Assembly: GCA_036172245.1 (NCBI GenBank)
Contig: JAYWIR010000031.1
Span: 1,860,001 to 1,924,000 of the forward strand
Source: Raillietiella orientalis
Lineage: Eukaryota
Length of the DNA: 64,000 bases
Direction of reading: 5' to 3'
Shown piece by piece: positions 1-12,723 of this stretch (its first letter is position 1; each line of letters opens with the position of its first letter). The notes under the pieces were generated by a model. It searched no databases, had not been told where the DNA came from, and worked only from the letters and a program-made list of their open reading frames with translations. The translations under genes and the position numbers were made by a program.

Positions 1-744
1 ATGATGGAAATCTTTCAGGACTCTTCTGTTTTGCTGTTTTCCTTCCAGCTTTTTTTTTTTTGGTTCGCTAAGTACTCAAGAACTGTTCGCCTAGGAGCTC
101 ACGAGACCCTTTAACTCGAGGTCCATGCTACCCGAGGCTGCGTGTAACTTTTCCAGTTAAAGGACAGCCCCTTAGGGATCACTCTATAAATCCAGGAAGG
201 CGCCGGAGGAAGGAATGCGTTCTTCTTACGGTTGGAAGAGAACCCCGAAGGCAACCCTCGTCATGGTTGTCTCCGAAGGGAACCCCGTAGAGAACCTCTT
301 CCTTATTACCTCCAGGGGGATCGCTCCCCATTTTTCCTACAAAGGAAATCCGGAAAGAATTCTCTCCTGGAATTTCTGATCCACAGGATCCCCGCAAGGG
401 AATTTCTACTTATTTTTTCCTCCCGTGAAGAGAACCCTAAAGGGACGCTTACAAATTTCTCTAAAAGACGCTTCCTCGAAGGGAGCAGAGCACTTGACAC
501 TCTGGAGAGGTATCAATCCACTCTGGAGGCATCCATGGTAGTAGATGGACAGTCAAAGAGAACCCACTCCTTTAATTCCTGAAAGGACCCCTAAGGGTCA
601 ACTTCCAGTCCCGGCCACTCAACGGGGGCATCCGGTTTTCGGTTTCCACCGGTGCTGCACCCGAAGCCCGTGGGCCAACCAACGTCATCTTGCGGGAGGA
701 ACTCGAAACCCACGACGCTCCACCTCCCCATTTCTCGGCCTTGA
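1..744 (-). mobile_element. Body and 3' part of the long structured SINE-like element (copy A); continues past the window start
   Basis: The reverse complement shares blocks with 25960-26650, 12810-13615 and 62470-63320 (CAGGAATT/CAAGGAG, GGGTTCTCTTCA, TTCCTGGATT.ATAG.GTG, CTTAGCGAACCAAAA). Confidence 0.8.
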
Positions 745-2013
745 TCCTTTATTTTCACCCGGTCACGCCGTGGAGTTCCTTGGAAAAAAAATATTTACAA
801 AAAAACAAATCAAATAAGATACAAAATGCCCGTCTTCGTAGTGGCTTTACATGATCACGAAGAAGGGAAAAACCGCCTCGGAGGCGCTGCTTCGCGCGAA
901 CAGCTCCATCGGTGGGGCCCGCACACGAGGCGTGGGGGGAGGGGTAAACTAAAACAAAAGAAAAAAACAAACACAACAGTTCAGTTCGAAATTTGTGTTG
1001 GAAAGACCACAGATTTCTTCCTGGAGTCCACAGCATCCTCTGCAGGATGTCGACAACTTCCTCCTTCTGTTGGCCATCTTATCGTCTTCCTCGTGAAGGA
1101 GCACACAATTGCCATGACCTCCACTCGCCTCTTTTTGCGCAACCGCGATCCCACGAGGGCAGCACGGAGCTACAAGAGAAGCTGCAGGCGACATCCAGTC
1201 GCGAGAGAAGAGGCGCCATCCATAGGGAGTGGAAGGACCGCAGCGGAGCGTTCCCAGCACTCAGGAGAGCAACGACACAATCCAGTAAGAGGTGCGGGAA
1301 CGTTTCCCGTTCTCCTCACCTGGCACACTCTGGGGCTACGCTCCTCCTCGTCCACTGGTGGACTCGTGTGCTGCGTGGGATCACCCGGTGCAAGGACTGC
1401 GATGCCCAGTCCTGTCCCTTCAGGGGAAGCGTGAAGCCGTCCAGAAACACTGGCAGAGTCTGTACCTCTTCTAAGGGAATATCCAGAAGCTCCGTCGAGC
1501 GGAGAATTCCTCTGGGGTGGGCGGCGGGGGTGCATGCATCACCCAGTTGAATCGCCGTCCAGCATTCCAGCTGCCTCTTCTCGCCCGCGATCTCGCAGGC
1601 TACTTTCATCTCGCGAGGCCATCGCTACGTCCACCTCGTTGGATGGTGATGAGCGTGGCTGCAAGTGGGGTGCCTTGCGCTCAGGTGGCCTTCCTTGGGT
1701 AGTCCATGATTTCCTGCAGCGAGCGTAGTTGGAGGATCGCAGGCATGGCGATGGCTCGTGCTGTTTCTTTTCGCCCACGCCTGAACAGCTCCCTGTTTCC
1801 AGGCACTGCGGTTGGCGTGGCTGCGCGAAATCCACCTATCAACCTGGACCAAGGCAGCCATTTTCCGGTGTTGGTACTCTCATCGGGGCAGCTCTCGCTG
1901 GCCATGCACGAGGAACGTACCGAGTTCCTCGCCGCCGGCTGCTCGCTTGGCGAAGAGTTTGGCTGGGACGCATCAATGGATAGTCGCTAGGGCTAATCTT
2001 CTACGCTGGAGCT
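426..2013. repeat. Left arm of a 1.59-kb near-identical inverted duplication (partner 24691-26278)
   Basis: Position x pairs with 26704-x, and the ORF track gives the same peptides on opposite strands (for example 545..817+ and 25887..26159-). I saw substitutions only near 462, 1137 and 1352. Confidence 0.97.
745..2013 (-). mobile_element. 5'-truncated copy of the L1/Tx1-like LINE (ORF2 C-terminus with zinc finger, and 3' UTR)
   Basis: Reverse complement of 24691-25959; contains the ECAR*GERETFPHLLLDC zf-RVT-like motif and the T-rich 3' UTR with AATAAA. Confidence 0.88.
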
Positions 2014-2115
2014 TACGATCCATCCTCTCCAGCTTCGATTTTTTACGGGTATTGGAACCCGCGACGCTTGACACCTCGCTCTGATACCGTAGCTACACGA
2101 CCACCAACGTGGGTC
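2014..2115 (-). mobile_element. tRNA-like head of SINE copy A, separated from its body by the LINE fragment
   Basis: The reverse complement GACCCACGTTGGTGGTCGTGTAGCTACGGT...GCGTCGCGGGTTCCAATACCCG aligns with the heads at 12724 and 62395, including a B-box-like GGTTC(C/G)AAT. Confidence 0.75.
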
Positions 2116-2399
2116 TGCTTTCATGTTGAAAATCCTTTTGTCCTTTCGTTTATAACATTCTTTTTAGCCGTAGCGTCAGCAATATCATAATGAGAAAACT
2201 CATTAGCAGTCGGATGTTTCAAGCACCGCATCGAGATCCATTTTCCTCTGAATTTGGTGATAGATCCCACTTCACTTATTGGATTTGGAGGAAGCAATCC
2301 TATGTCATTCCCACATCCCTACTGTCAGCGTGTCCGTTTTTTCTCACAGGGGGAAGCACGAGTTTCGCGAGCCAGTTTCTTCCTTGAAATCAACGGGGC

Positions 2400-2950
2400 A
2401 CCTTCCACCGTTGTGCTTCGAGCTGCTCGCCGCAGCTCCGGAAGGGACCGAGCAGTCCTGCCCGACTACGGACTGCGGGTCCGTAGTCGCTGGGCAGGAG
2501 CATGAAATCGGCTCCTCTCGAGGAAGCCGATTTCATGCTCTCTCAAGGAAGGACGCACCCTCTTATCCACAAACGGTGAATGGTCGGTGGACATTTCTGG
2601 GAGGGGGACGTGCCCGAGATGCCGGAGGTGAATGTCAGGGTATACAACCTTTCCGTCACCGTACAAGATCGTGAGTTTCCTGTTCGCGGGTTGCTTACAC
2701 TCTCGAGACTTGACCACCACCACCGCCCCCTCTCGCGAAGAACAAGGATCCGAAGTCATCCTCCGCCGGGTGGATGCAGATGCAGGCATCGTTCCGGAGG
2801 TTTGACATCATGGCGTAGATAGGGAACGCTCGCCGGTGTCTCCCATCTCAAATTCTCGTGAGGCATGTTGAACATTCTGTGGCTCTCCTTGCCGACCACG
2901 GAAATTATGATGCAGTATCTGCACGAGGTGCGCCACCAAGATGGCGGTTA
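2400..2950 (-). mobile_element. Degenerate LINE AP-endonuclease fragment
   Basis: Minus-strand IHPAEDDFG (GDFN-like) and PLPEMSTDHSPF (SDH-x-P motif) in the expected order, with frameshifts. Confidence 0.45.
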
Positions 2951-3349
2951 GATCGAAAGGTAAATCCGAAGCATGCTCTCTGTGTGGCAACCTCCTATCA
3001 GAAAGTACGAGCAGCATCCTAATTAATGATTCGGAGATTCAGGACGAATCCGAGAAAGCGCTCTTTAAGATCACTTGTAGAGGTACGCCTTCTACAAAGT
3101 TGCCTTTACACTGTCGCGCTGGTATTTCCCCCCAGAGCAGGCTTGGTCTTAGGGGATCAGCCAGTAGATGAGGAAAAGGGAGGGAGGTTCGGTCTGAGGA
3201 TCTAATAGTTTAAGTCCCGGTTACTCATACTAGAGATGGGCAGATCGTTGGTCCGCGAAAAAAAAATTACTGAGCTTTCGGAGATGATGCACAGTAGCTG
3301 GAAAATTCACGTTATCCGCCCTCTTTCCAGTTTTGCCCTTCCGTCACAG

Positions 3350-3720
3350 TACTGTAGTCCTGTGTGATTGTGTCCGAAATGATTTTGAAACAGCGCCTTG
3401 AGGACACCAGATGCTTTTGAAGTGATCGCGATCCGGAGTTTCCACCTGTTCGACCCTGAAAAACGCGTCCCTGAAACCAGGAAGTGTGGTCACTTCTAGA
3501 CGCAATGTGCAGGCTCATCTGCTTCTCCAAACGCGTTGTTTCATCGCATTCCGTGTGCTCTCCAGAGAGCGATTTGGTTCAGTGTGCTCCTAACTCCAGA
3601 GGAACCCGGGGTGCATGGTAATTTCCAAGTGGAGCAAGGAGGGCAATCCGGAAAGAACTCGGCATTTTTCGACGTGCCCTCCAGGGCATTGAAGCGGGCA
3701 ATGGCGGCGGAAACCGACTA
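3350..3720 (-). mobile_element. Degenerate LINE ORF2 C-terminal (zf-RVT-like) fragment
   Basis: Minus-strand QCPGGHVE followed after a frameshift by FFPDCPPCSTWK resembles C..C...E...H.F.DCP....W. Confidence 0.4.
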
Positions 3721-5099
3721 GGCAATTGAAAGCGCAAGTTCAGGCTGGGGAGATGTGGGACCTACATTTCTGATAAGAGGACAAACTGGATTACGGTCAT
3801 ACAAGGATAAGAACATTCCAAGGTGTGATGTAACTCCATACGTGTGGCAATCTTGCAACCTCCTACAATCTCACGCCTTTAACCAAACGCACGTCTTCCC
3901 CATACTCCGAAAAGATAAATATCGCCTGAAGGAAGCACTTAACCAGAAAGCATCAAGCTAGGGAATGCAGGAAGTGAAACTGAGAGTTCCTACAGCTCCG
4001 AAAGTGGCGTTCTTGTTCCAAGACTTTTTCAAATAATGACAAGGGAAGAACAAGACACTCTTTTCATCACAACCCACTGTGAAAGCCGCATGATAAAAGC
4101 AAAATCAGAAAGAAATTCGGACTTGCAGAAGACCGCAGTACCCGCCTCTTCCTCGGAGAGCGACCTGTGAAAATCTTGCAAGAACGAGGGAACTTGCTCT
4201 TTGCGACCAGAGACTCCGCATGCCCATGTGGGGAAGAAAATAAGGAGCGTGCATGTGCATTTCCACAGGAGTCAGGCGACACTCCGAATTCCCGGAAGAA
4301 ATGAGACTTTGCTAAGGGTTCTGGTCCCTCTTCTCGATTACGTCGTCGATTCTAGAAGGCCGAAGAAACGAGGAACGCTGGAAGAACCTGGATGACATCT
4401 AGCAGGCAATGCAGGCAACTATGAGGGAACCTCGCAAGCTTAGTACAGATTGGTCCAGATACATTGTATGGAGCGCGCTCGAGCTGAAAACATCTTCGAG
4501 CGAAATGCAGAGAGCTTGGAGTATCAACTGGAACACTTAGGGGCCCGACATGAATCCCGTTTTCTTTTATTTGCCTTTCTTTTACGTGCTATCATCACAA
4601 GACAGGAAATGAATGATAATTTCTAGGCACGGTGCACAAGACAGAGGAATCAAGTCTTTCTCCAAGAAAGGAGTCACAAATCGATGCCGACATTCTTTCC
4701 AACACTATCAGATTGTGAACAAGAGGGGCTGTCCTGCAAGAATCCATTGAAACGTCCACGGATCTCTCGTGTACACATGGGCAAAGATCTGGGTCCACTT
4801 AACTGTCCGCTGCTATCCCCAGCTCATAATGGAAGCTTTTGAGGTGCCACAGCTGCAGGGATCTCACCCGGTTTCACAGTCTCGTGGAGCACTATGCAAA
4901 GAATGAAAGGACGCTGCCTTGTGCCACCTCTGTCTTGCCAACATCGGCGGAATAAGCGCGCTTTTTTTCTTTTTTTTTTTTCTGATCAAAAGTTCCAGCA
5001 TTTCTCTATCGATACTGTACAAAGAGCGTTAGTAACTTATTCTAGGTACGGAGGTAAGTTTGGGTTGTTACATTTGGATGATTGAGTTCCAGAGGCTTA

Positions 5100-6330
5100 G
5101 CATGCTCCGAATAACTTTGATAGATAGGTGTTTCTCGTGTCACCTGACTCTTTGGACTGCCTTTATTTTCAGCAGATATTTCACAACCTTTGGCCCACGT
5201 GCTCCGATGTCTGTAAGGGTGTGCACAGAATGCCTCTGGGAACAAGGAAATCTGCAGTCTTGCTAGATTGTGAGATGGATAATCCGATTATACCCTCCAC
5301 CAGTTTTATTATGTGGCTGTACCTAAATTCTGGTGAGATTTCCAGATACGCTTGACCTTGAGCAACGCTTTCCAGCCAACACCTTGCCATTAACCAAGCA
5401 GAATAGGATGACCCGCACCCAGCTGCGGCGATGTAAGCAAGTTCAGATGATGATTTTTTATTGGTAGCTATTGCCTCCGTGGACCATGTGCTAGATGGAC
5501 TGATTGCATGCTTTAATGCACGGGGCTGCTCGAAAATTCCCTTTAGCATGGGTGTAGAGTGACCGTTTTTGCTGATTCGAAAGCTACTTGGACTGTTGTT
5601 TTCCATATCGCGTTACTACCTAATCATGGAATTTGAATCTCTTGTCCGGATCGATGTATTCGATAGGGTTCCAAATTCCTTTCTGCCCGCTTTGCCTTGA
5701 TCACCACTTTGGCGACAAAGATGCTTCTTTTTGCTTCCAGTGAGGCAATAGAGCAGTTGCCATTCCCCTTTCGTGCAGCATCTTCAGTACTGACCAGGAT
5801 GTCAAGAGTTCGGTGTAGCAATTCAATTCAAAGTTGTGACGGTGCCACGGAACTTCTACATTGTGTTTTGCTGATCCATTTTGATGCTTTTTAAGCTGTT
5901 TTCAGCACGAACGAATGAACCAGTGAATCGGCAGATGCCCTTCCCTGCTGCCAACGATCAAAACAGCATTCCAGTGAGAGAACTGCTCTTTCTCTTTCAA
6001 AGTGTTTTTTGTGCTACAGAAGGCACGTTGCATCCAATAGCTTATGGAACAGAGATCAGCAGGACGACAGAGCTTTAAAGGAGTGCGCACTGTGCATGGA
6101 ATTTTGCCAGGAAGAGTAACCTGAGGTGTGGTGTGTCCTCTGCTCCACAGTCGCAGCGGGCGCCTTCTTGAGGATCGCATGACCAGGAAGACCGTGTCGA
6201 CTGCGCACTTTATTCATCATGATTGCATGGTCCAGGAAACATCCTCAGCATCTTGTGCACGCACAGAAATGCCATGTCGTCCAGTCGCCCTCATCCTAGG
6301 CAAAAAAATTTCCTGGAAAATCCGCATTCA
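5100..6330 (-). pseudogene. glmS: Bacterial-type glucosamine-fructose-6-phosphate aminotransferase pseudogene
   Basis: ORF 5181..5606 reads MLKGIFEQPRALK...AAGCGSSYSAWLMARCWLESVA...LEISPEFRY...LSISQSSKTAD, matching the GlmS SIS1 motifs MLKEIFEQP, ACGTSYHA, ARYWLE, EIASEFRY and SQSGETAD. Weaker glutaminase-domain remnants lie upstream (GNGNCSIAS near 5760; GHT...T..GK near 6130). Outer boundaries are approximate. Confidence 0.82.
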
Positions 6331-6345
6331 ATGAGATAAGGGATA

Positions 6346-6390
6346 TTCCGTAAGTTTCCAGGTGCCATCAGAACCTGGAAACTTACGGAA
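6346..6390. repeat. Perfect 18-bp inverted repeat with a 9-nt loop
   Basis: TTCCGTAAGTTTCCAGGT-gccatcaga-ACCTGGAAACTTACGGAA. Confidence 0.97.
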
Positions 6391-7719
6391 CAGGGAAATC
6401 CGTTCTGCAACGTGATTTTTGCAAACACGCTGTATGCGAAAAGCAAGGAGGAGTAGAAATCATTATCGTTTTTTGCGATCTTCGTTTCTTGATGAAGGGC
6501 ATTCCCAAAATTCGCTTCATCTCGGAAACCTCAGAAACAGCTCTCGTAGATAGGCAGAGAGATGTTTGAGGAAGATGACATAGAAAAGTTTGCCAGAATT
6601 CCATGGCATCTTGGAAGCAAGAGAGAATGTCTCTTTTAACTATTCGAGGTTTCTCTTCTGTGCGTAGGCTGTGCGCAGATTGGACATCTTGACATGATTG
6701 AAAATGTACTCCAGCTTAGTGACCTCGAACGAAGCGCTCTTGCTCTCCTCGAAAGAAACAGCGCTCTGAATGCCCAGTGAACATTCTCTTTGGTTCGAAA
6801 ATGATAGAGCAAAACGAATTTTGTGACTCAGCATCCTGCAAAAAGAATCATGCAAGAGAGCACTAATGATGGATTTACAGAATGTTGATTGCTCGCTAGA
6901 ACAATCAGCATTCCTAAAGACAAAAGGAAACTTTAAACCGTATCAAGAAAAATGGCATCCTTTCACTGTGAAACAGCATTTGGACTCTCTGGTCTGTAGC
7001 ACCCTGTCATTTTCTGAGCCCTTCCACTCATGGCACTGTGAGTGGGTCAGACTCTTTCTGAGTAGCCAGTCGCCTCTGTAACCAGGCAGGAGCTCAGTTT
7101 CTCAGAAGTTTGGTGGCACTTCGTATGTTGTACGATTAATGGATACCTCAGGGCAGCTCCAGATTGCCTTGGCAATGAGATAATGAGGAATGAGCAGATG
7201 GAAATTAATGGAATATGATCAGTCTTGCTCTTCCGTATGAACCATTCCACTTTTCCGTCGTGAGAAAAGCATTTTTCTCAATTATTGATGAAGCTTTTTA
7301 TTTATTGGCTCCTCTTGTCTATGCCATTCCGTTCGATCCAATATGAGAAATCACATAGGATGAAGGCATTTACAAAATGCGTATCTAAACTCCTGCTCTT
7401 TGATCTTAGCCACTCCTAATATATTATGGGATGCCCCTTAATGAGACAAATCTGAAGAATAAAAATTCCTTTTCACATCCGATGGTTTATACTATTTCTT
7501 GGAAGCAACCTGAGAACTGTTTGGGACTTCTTTAAGGCATTGATTTGAGGTTTCTGATGCAATGAACTGTGTGTCAAATCCCTCTCATCGAGAAATCGTC
7601 CCGTGCAGACAAGAGAGTGCGATGTCTCTATTTAGCTGCTCTTGAGGATCTCCTCCTGTTCTTATCTCTGCTGCTTAGAGTCGTGCTTCCGGTTCTCTTT
7701 CATCCAGCTTCCCATTCCT

Positions 7720-8740
7720 GAGATCAAGTGGAAGATATCTTTCCTTGTTTCCTTCTTTGTACAGAGCTGATGAGCAGAATCCTATCTTCTTCATCTCTGT
7801 AAGCTGTGTGAATTTCAAGTTCTTGTTACATTCCCAACTATTCGTGATTTTCCATCTCTCTCCCTTGGATTCCCGAATTGACGGGTCTTCTTTCGTCTGC
7901 GAAAGTTGCGTCATACAGAGCCACACCTGCAGTGCAACTCTGAGCATTTGAAAGTTTTGAAGGAGCAGATTTCTTTGCCACAATTTCTTTGCTTGGAATC
8001 CACGCATCAAGTTCTTGTTCTCTCTCCGATTTTCAAAGCACCTGAGATGCCATGCGCTCGTCTCCACATTTTTGTAACCTGGCTACCATCACCTGCAGAA
8101 TGAGCTCCTTCTTGCATTGCTCAGACTCCTCTCTACAAGGAGCAGGCGCGATCACTATGGGTTTCTGCGGCTTGCGAAGACGTTGCTTTGTTCAACATTT
8201 GCTTTTCTCCTCCTTAGAACTGGACAGAAGTTGTGTATTCTGGAAGATCAGGTTTCCCTCAGTGAGCCGACAAATGTTTTCATCGGAAAAAATTTGATCT
8301 CTGGAATTTTGGGAAGGGGAAAAATCAACTCGAAAAAAAAGTGCCATAAAATCCACTTCGCTGAGTTTCTTACCTGGAAAGAGGGAAAAGGAAAAATTTC
8401 CACTACGGAGATGCCTGAAAGGGAAACGAATTTCGTGAGGAAGTTTTTCATAGGACGCAACTCTACAAAATGAATTTTCTTTTGGCTTTTGCCACCACAG
8501 TGGCCACTGATTGGGACAAATAATACAGCAGAACAATGGATAATTCTAAATCTCGATATGAATAACGTACTGTGCTTACGAATTCCTTTTAAGGTCGGCG
8601 GATTCTTTAGGACAGCATCCACGCACCTGTTTCATCCAGCTTTCCTCCCTGGACATGAAGAGCACAGACATCATGTGGTATGCCAAAGTGTTGGTGTTCT
8701 GCAAAACATCATAAACGCATTTCTTTCATGATGAGTTTAA
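7720..8740 (-). pseudogene. HMG-box protein remnant
   Basis: RNAFMMFCR at about 8700-8727, and WLC...KEDPSIRESKGERWK...QLTEMKK...KERY at about 7735-7930, resemble HMG-box helix motifs. Confidence 0.5.
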
Positions 8741-11699
8741 GCCTTCCAGACAAGTTAGGCATGTGCGCACATATTTTTTGCTTTCGGAAGTCACGCTCAC
8801 AGCATCCATCTATGCATCGGTTGGTTAAACGGTGAACTCCGTTTGCTCTCTCAAAAAGCACAAGATAAATAAATAAACAGTGGGCTCATGACACTTCGTC
8901 AAACACGTTAAATAAGGCTAAGTGGATTAGCATTAATCCAGTTCTCATGGAGAGATCCATTTGGATCGACGGGAGCACGGAGAGGCTTTGTAGAAAGACC
9001 TCCCTTAAAAAGGACGGGAAACGTATAAAGACGGGTTCTAAAGAAAACAGAACCGATTCGTTTCCTCGAATTTTGCTCACCATTTTGGGAGAGTTTCCCA
9101 TTGAGGTGATGCTCCACGGATGATTCCCAAATGTCCTCAAATTCTCGAAGTGTTCCCTAGTGGAATCACTGACACTCCACTGAATCGATTCCTCCAGAGG
9201 GCATTTGCAGGAGTGAAACCACTGTGATGTGGAACCTCCCCTTCCTGTTCATCCTTTCTTTTTCCTCATTTGACTCTCCTTACTGACCATTTTCAATGAT
9301 TCCAAGCTAATCGAACTCGTTTTGTTCGAAATTGTTTCGGAGGCAAATTGTTGCAGATGTGCCACTCTTCTGGATCTTACGTTCTGCGTCATTCGTCTGG
9401 TTTACTTTTCCTGTTAACTCTTTTCATCTGGACGATGCTCTCTGCTTGAAGAGCCAGATTCTTTGATGACAGAAATGACTTTTTCTTTACCGACACTCCC
9501 TCTCATCAAAGATGCTCTGACGTTTTCGCGTTTAAGGAAATAAACAAAGATGTTAACACGCTTGGGTTATTCTTGCATCCTTAGGAAACAAACCTCTCTT
9601 TGCCTCTGTGTTCAAAACCATGTCTTGTCCTCATGTCATTCCAGCCGCAAACAGCTCTTCTTCCTCCTGAAGAGGCTTTGTTTCTAATGACAATGATCGC
9701 GCTTTGTATGCAGTTCCACAAGACAGAGGAGTCCTGCTTGGATCATCAGGGTGGACTTTTTCCTCCGCTTCACGAGAATCCCATTCTGGAGGAGAAGGGG
9801 CACTTGAAACTGGGTCTTTGTTCTATTTTATCATTGCAGATAGTATAGAGATAGTATGAAGTATGAAGATGATAGTATGAAGAGCGTCTGAGCCCACCAT
9901 GCTTGTGAGATTACCCTCCTAAAGAGAGTCTTATGGGAAATCTCTTCAGTGTTTTTCCACTGACGAGATGATTAAAACGGAACCAAGATCTGATCTACCT
10001 CATTATAGAAAAATCACCTTGGGAGCACTTGTAGCTAAAGTCCTCCTAAAAGCCTATTCATTGATTGTGCTCAAAACATGCAAGCAGTTTTTTTCTTGAA
10101 TTTCGTTATCCCTTTTTCCTGGCTGGACGCATCCACAAGGTGATATCTGAAGTCCCGAATGGTGCCTTTCCTTCCAGAAGGGCTCACTCTTTGTGACTGA
10201 AGTGTTTGTCTTCTATCCGAGCTGTTTCCCCACAAATCGAGGACAAATCTTTGAAGATAGAACTTTCTTAGATTACATGTTCTTAGTAGAATTCCCTACT
10301 CACTTACTCACGCCTTCCTTCCGAATATCTTTGCAGAGATTTTATTGTCTGCTGCTAATATGTTTTTTTTTTTTTCCTTTTGCCATAGTCAATCCAATGC
10401 TTTCCACTGAAAACAGACAAAGAGCCCTAAAGGAACGCCTACGACAGGGTAGCAAGAAGGCGCGATGGTGATGGCTGATGATAGAATCAAGGATTGAAAA
10501 AAGAAATAGAAGTTCTTTTCAGTATCATTCGAGAAAGATTAAATACCTTCAACTTAACAGATCTTTGAGCAAACTTGCCAGGAAAAAGGACGACGAGAAC
10601 TTTGTAGAACTTTTAGAAGAGGCATCCATGCTTTGCGTGCTCCTACTTCTATCCTTCTCCATGGTGGTTCTGTGCTTCGTCCAATTCTTCTAAGACTTCG
10701 ATCGCGGTAGCCTTCGAGCTCCCACCAATCCAAGAAGAGCGCTGGAGAACACCTAAATGCACACGTGTGCAGCTCCAGAAAACTGAACTTACCAAGAAGC
10801 GGTTCCAAGATTTGCGCTCCGGTGGGCGTACCGAAAGGATGGAAGCATCCTTTAGGTACAGCATTGCCACAGCAAAATAGGGGATGCAATAAAATTGGAA
10901 AGGGAAAGTAATGGTGCTGTACAAGCAATCGCAGGAACGCACACCAAAGTAGATCAAGACCAAGAATGAATCGCGGGTGCCCTCTGGCAGAGAGTTCTGC
11001 AGCTCTCTCCTACTGCTTCGTGAAGAGTAGAAGCTGGAGGCTTGGAGCAGTCGCCTACTCCTGACAGGCAGCATGATTCTTGAGATCGAAGTACCCAATT
11101 ACATGAAAGCACACGAATGGAACAAACTTCAAGTACCAATTTGAACTAGTACTTAGAATTCGGTGTGATCAGGATGAGGATTTTGAAGAATGTGGACGCG
11201 CGCATGCCGGAAGAGGAAAACAAACCATTTTTTTTTTTTTTTCCAGATGTAGTGAGCTGGAAGAGATCTCGATCCGAAGATCCTTAAGTACACACCATGG
11301 GCGAGCAACAGAGAATGCACTGCCATTAGATCATGGAGGTACAACATCAGGAATGCTTTTAGTGCTCTTCCATCTTTCAATCAAAGCGGGAGCCAATGAG
11401 GGGAGAATTCTTCGCAGTCGTGACAAGCATGACGCGTTCTCCTCTGGCATGAAGATCGGAAGCAGCCTAGATCTCTTGCACGAGTAATACCAATACCCGC
11501 CACAGTGCTATTAAAGTTCTCAAGGGTATGCAAAGGAGAGCAGTGGATCGATGACGTCGACACCAGCATCCTAGTAGATTCGAAGGCTCTTTCTCGAAGG
11601 CTGCATCGCGCCAGATAATTTCCCTTTGGAAGCAGAGATCTGCATCCCACTGAGGATACCGACGGCATCTTTATTTTTTTTTTGATTTTTCGTCCTTTT

Positions 11700-12100
11700 T
11701 CCGCTGCACGGAAGCAAGCAGATCTCCTACTAAGGAATCCTTGCTCTTCTGCATCCTTGTGGGCACTCCGTGAAATAGAATGGCCTTTCTGGCATTCCTG
11801 AAGGAGTGGATATTTTCGAGCAAAAGACCCAAAAAATGTGGGATTCCCCCCCCCCCCGCGTCCCGTATTCGGGCAGCAGCGGCTAACACGGCGACCCCGT
11901 TCCCCGTGGAACCACGGAGCTTACGCCGTCCTTTTCCACAAGCGCGTCCCGGATCGGCATGATTTGGAAATCGGGATCGGAACAAAGCAAGAAAACAACT
12001 GTTCCAAAACGAAGGAAAATGGACTTGGGTCAGGATGTTTCGCGGGAGCAGGGGGAAGGGAGGCCAGATGGAAAAATGAAATCCAGGAATGGGCACACAC
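11700..12100 (-). mobile_element. Degenerate LINE AP-endonuclease fragment
   Basis: Minus-strand CSRET (CLQET-like), STGNGVAVL (GGVAIL-like), LLENIHSF (INIYAP-like) and SLVGDLL (ILGDFN-like) in order. Confidence 0.55.
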
Positions 12101-12723
12101 GTGGAAATGAGATGCTCTTTGTTACAGTTGCTTTCATCCACAGAATTCTCCCATGAAGGACTAGTCGGAAAGGCAGGATTTCTTATTTCCAGCTCGCATT
12201 CTCCCTTGACGTCATTCCCATCGAGGAGTCGTCCACTCTGTGCTCATTTCTCTCATCCCGACGTGTTCTCCTCTTAAGTGGGATGCTCTCCCTGCCTGCT
12301 TGGCTGCTCCCGCTAGCTAGGTACTGTCTGCAAACCACGTCCAGAATCAGAGTCAAGATCTAGCTATTCCCCGACATGGTCCCGGACGACGCAACTCAGA
12401 AAGGACCAAAGGATAGTCCTGTTAGAAATGGGAGGCTCTTTAGGTACACGGGGGGAGGGAACAGGGGAAGGAATATCTGTGAAACTCCCAGGAAACTCTT
12501 CGCACTCGGGTCACATCCATTGAACCTTCTCCGAACTTTCCGTTGCAGATCCACAAAGGGAGAGATGCATCCTCCTTGCTTGAGCCACGCATTCCGAAGA
12601 AACCGGCCTTGTGGCGAACTACAGCTACGTCAGCAGACCCGGCCAGTGGGCCACCGGAACGATCAGAAGGACACCGCCATAAAAAGGAATGACTGCTGCT
12701 TTCAGGCTCCACCGAACCCTCTG

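Noticed and set aside
9840..9885. Short GATAGTATGAA-type repeats, and similar 12-13 bp duplications at 46123 and 47351
   Set aside because: Ordinary slippage-type duplications with no further structure.
11460..11530. GITRAR as SF1 helicase motif VI
   Set aside because: No other helicase motifs were found nearby.
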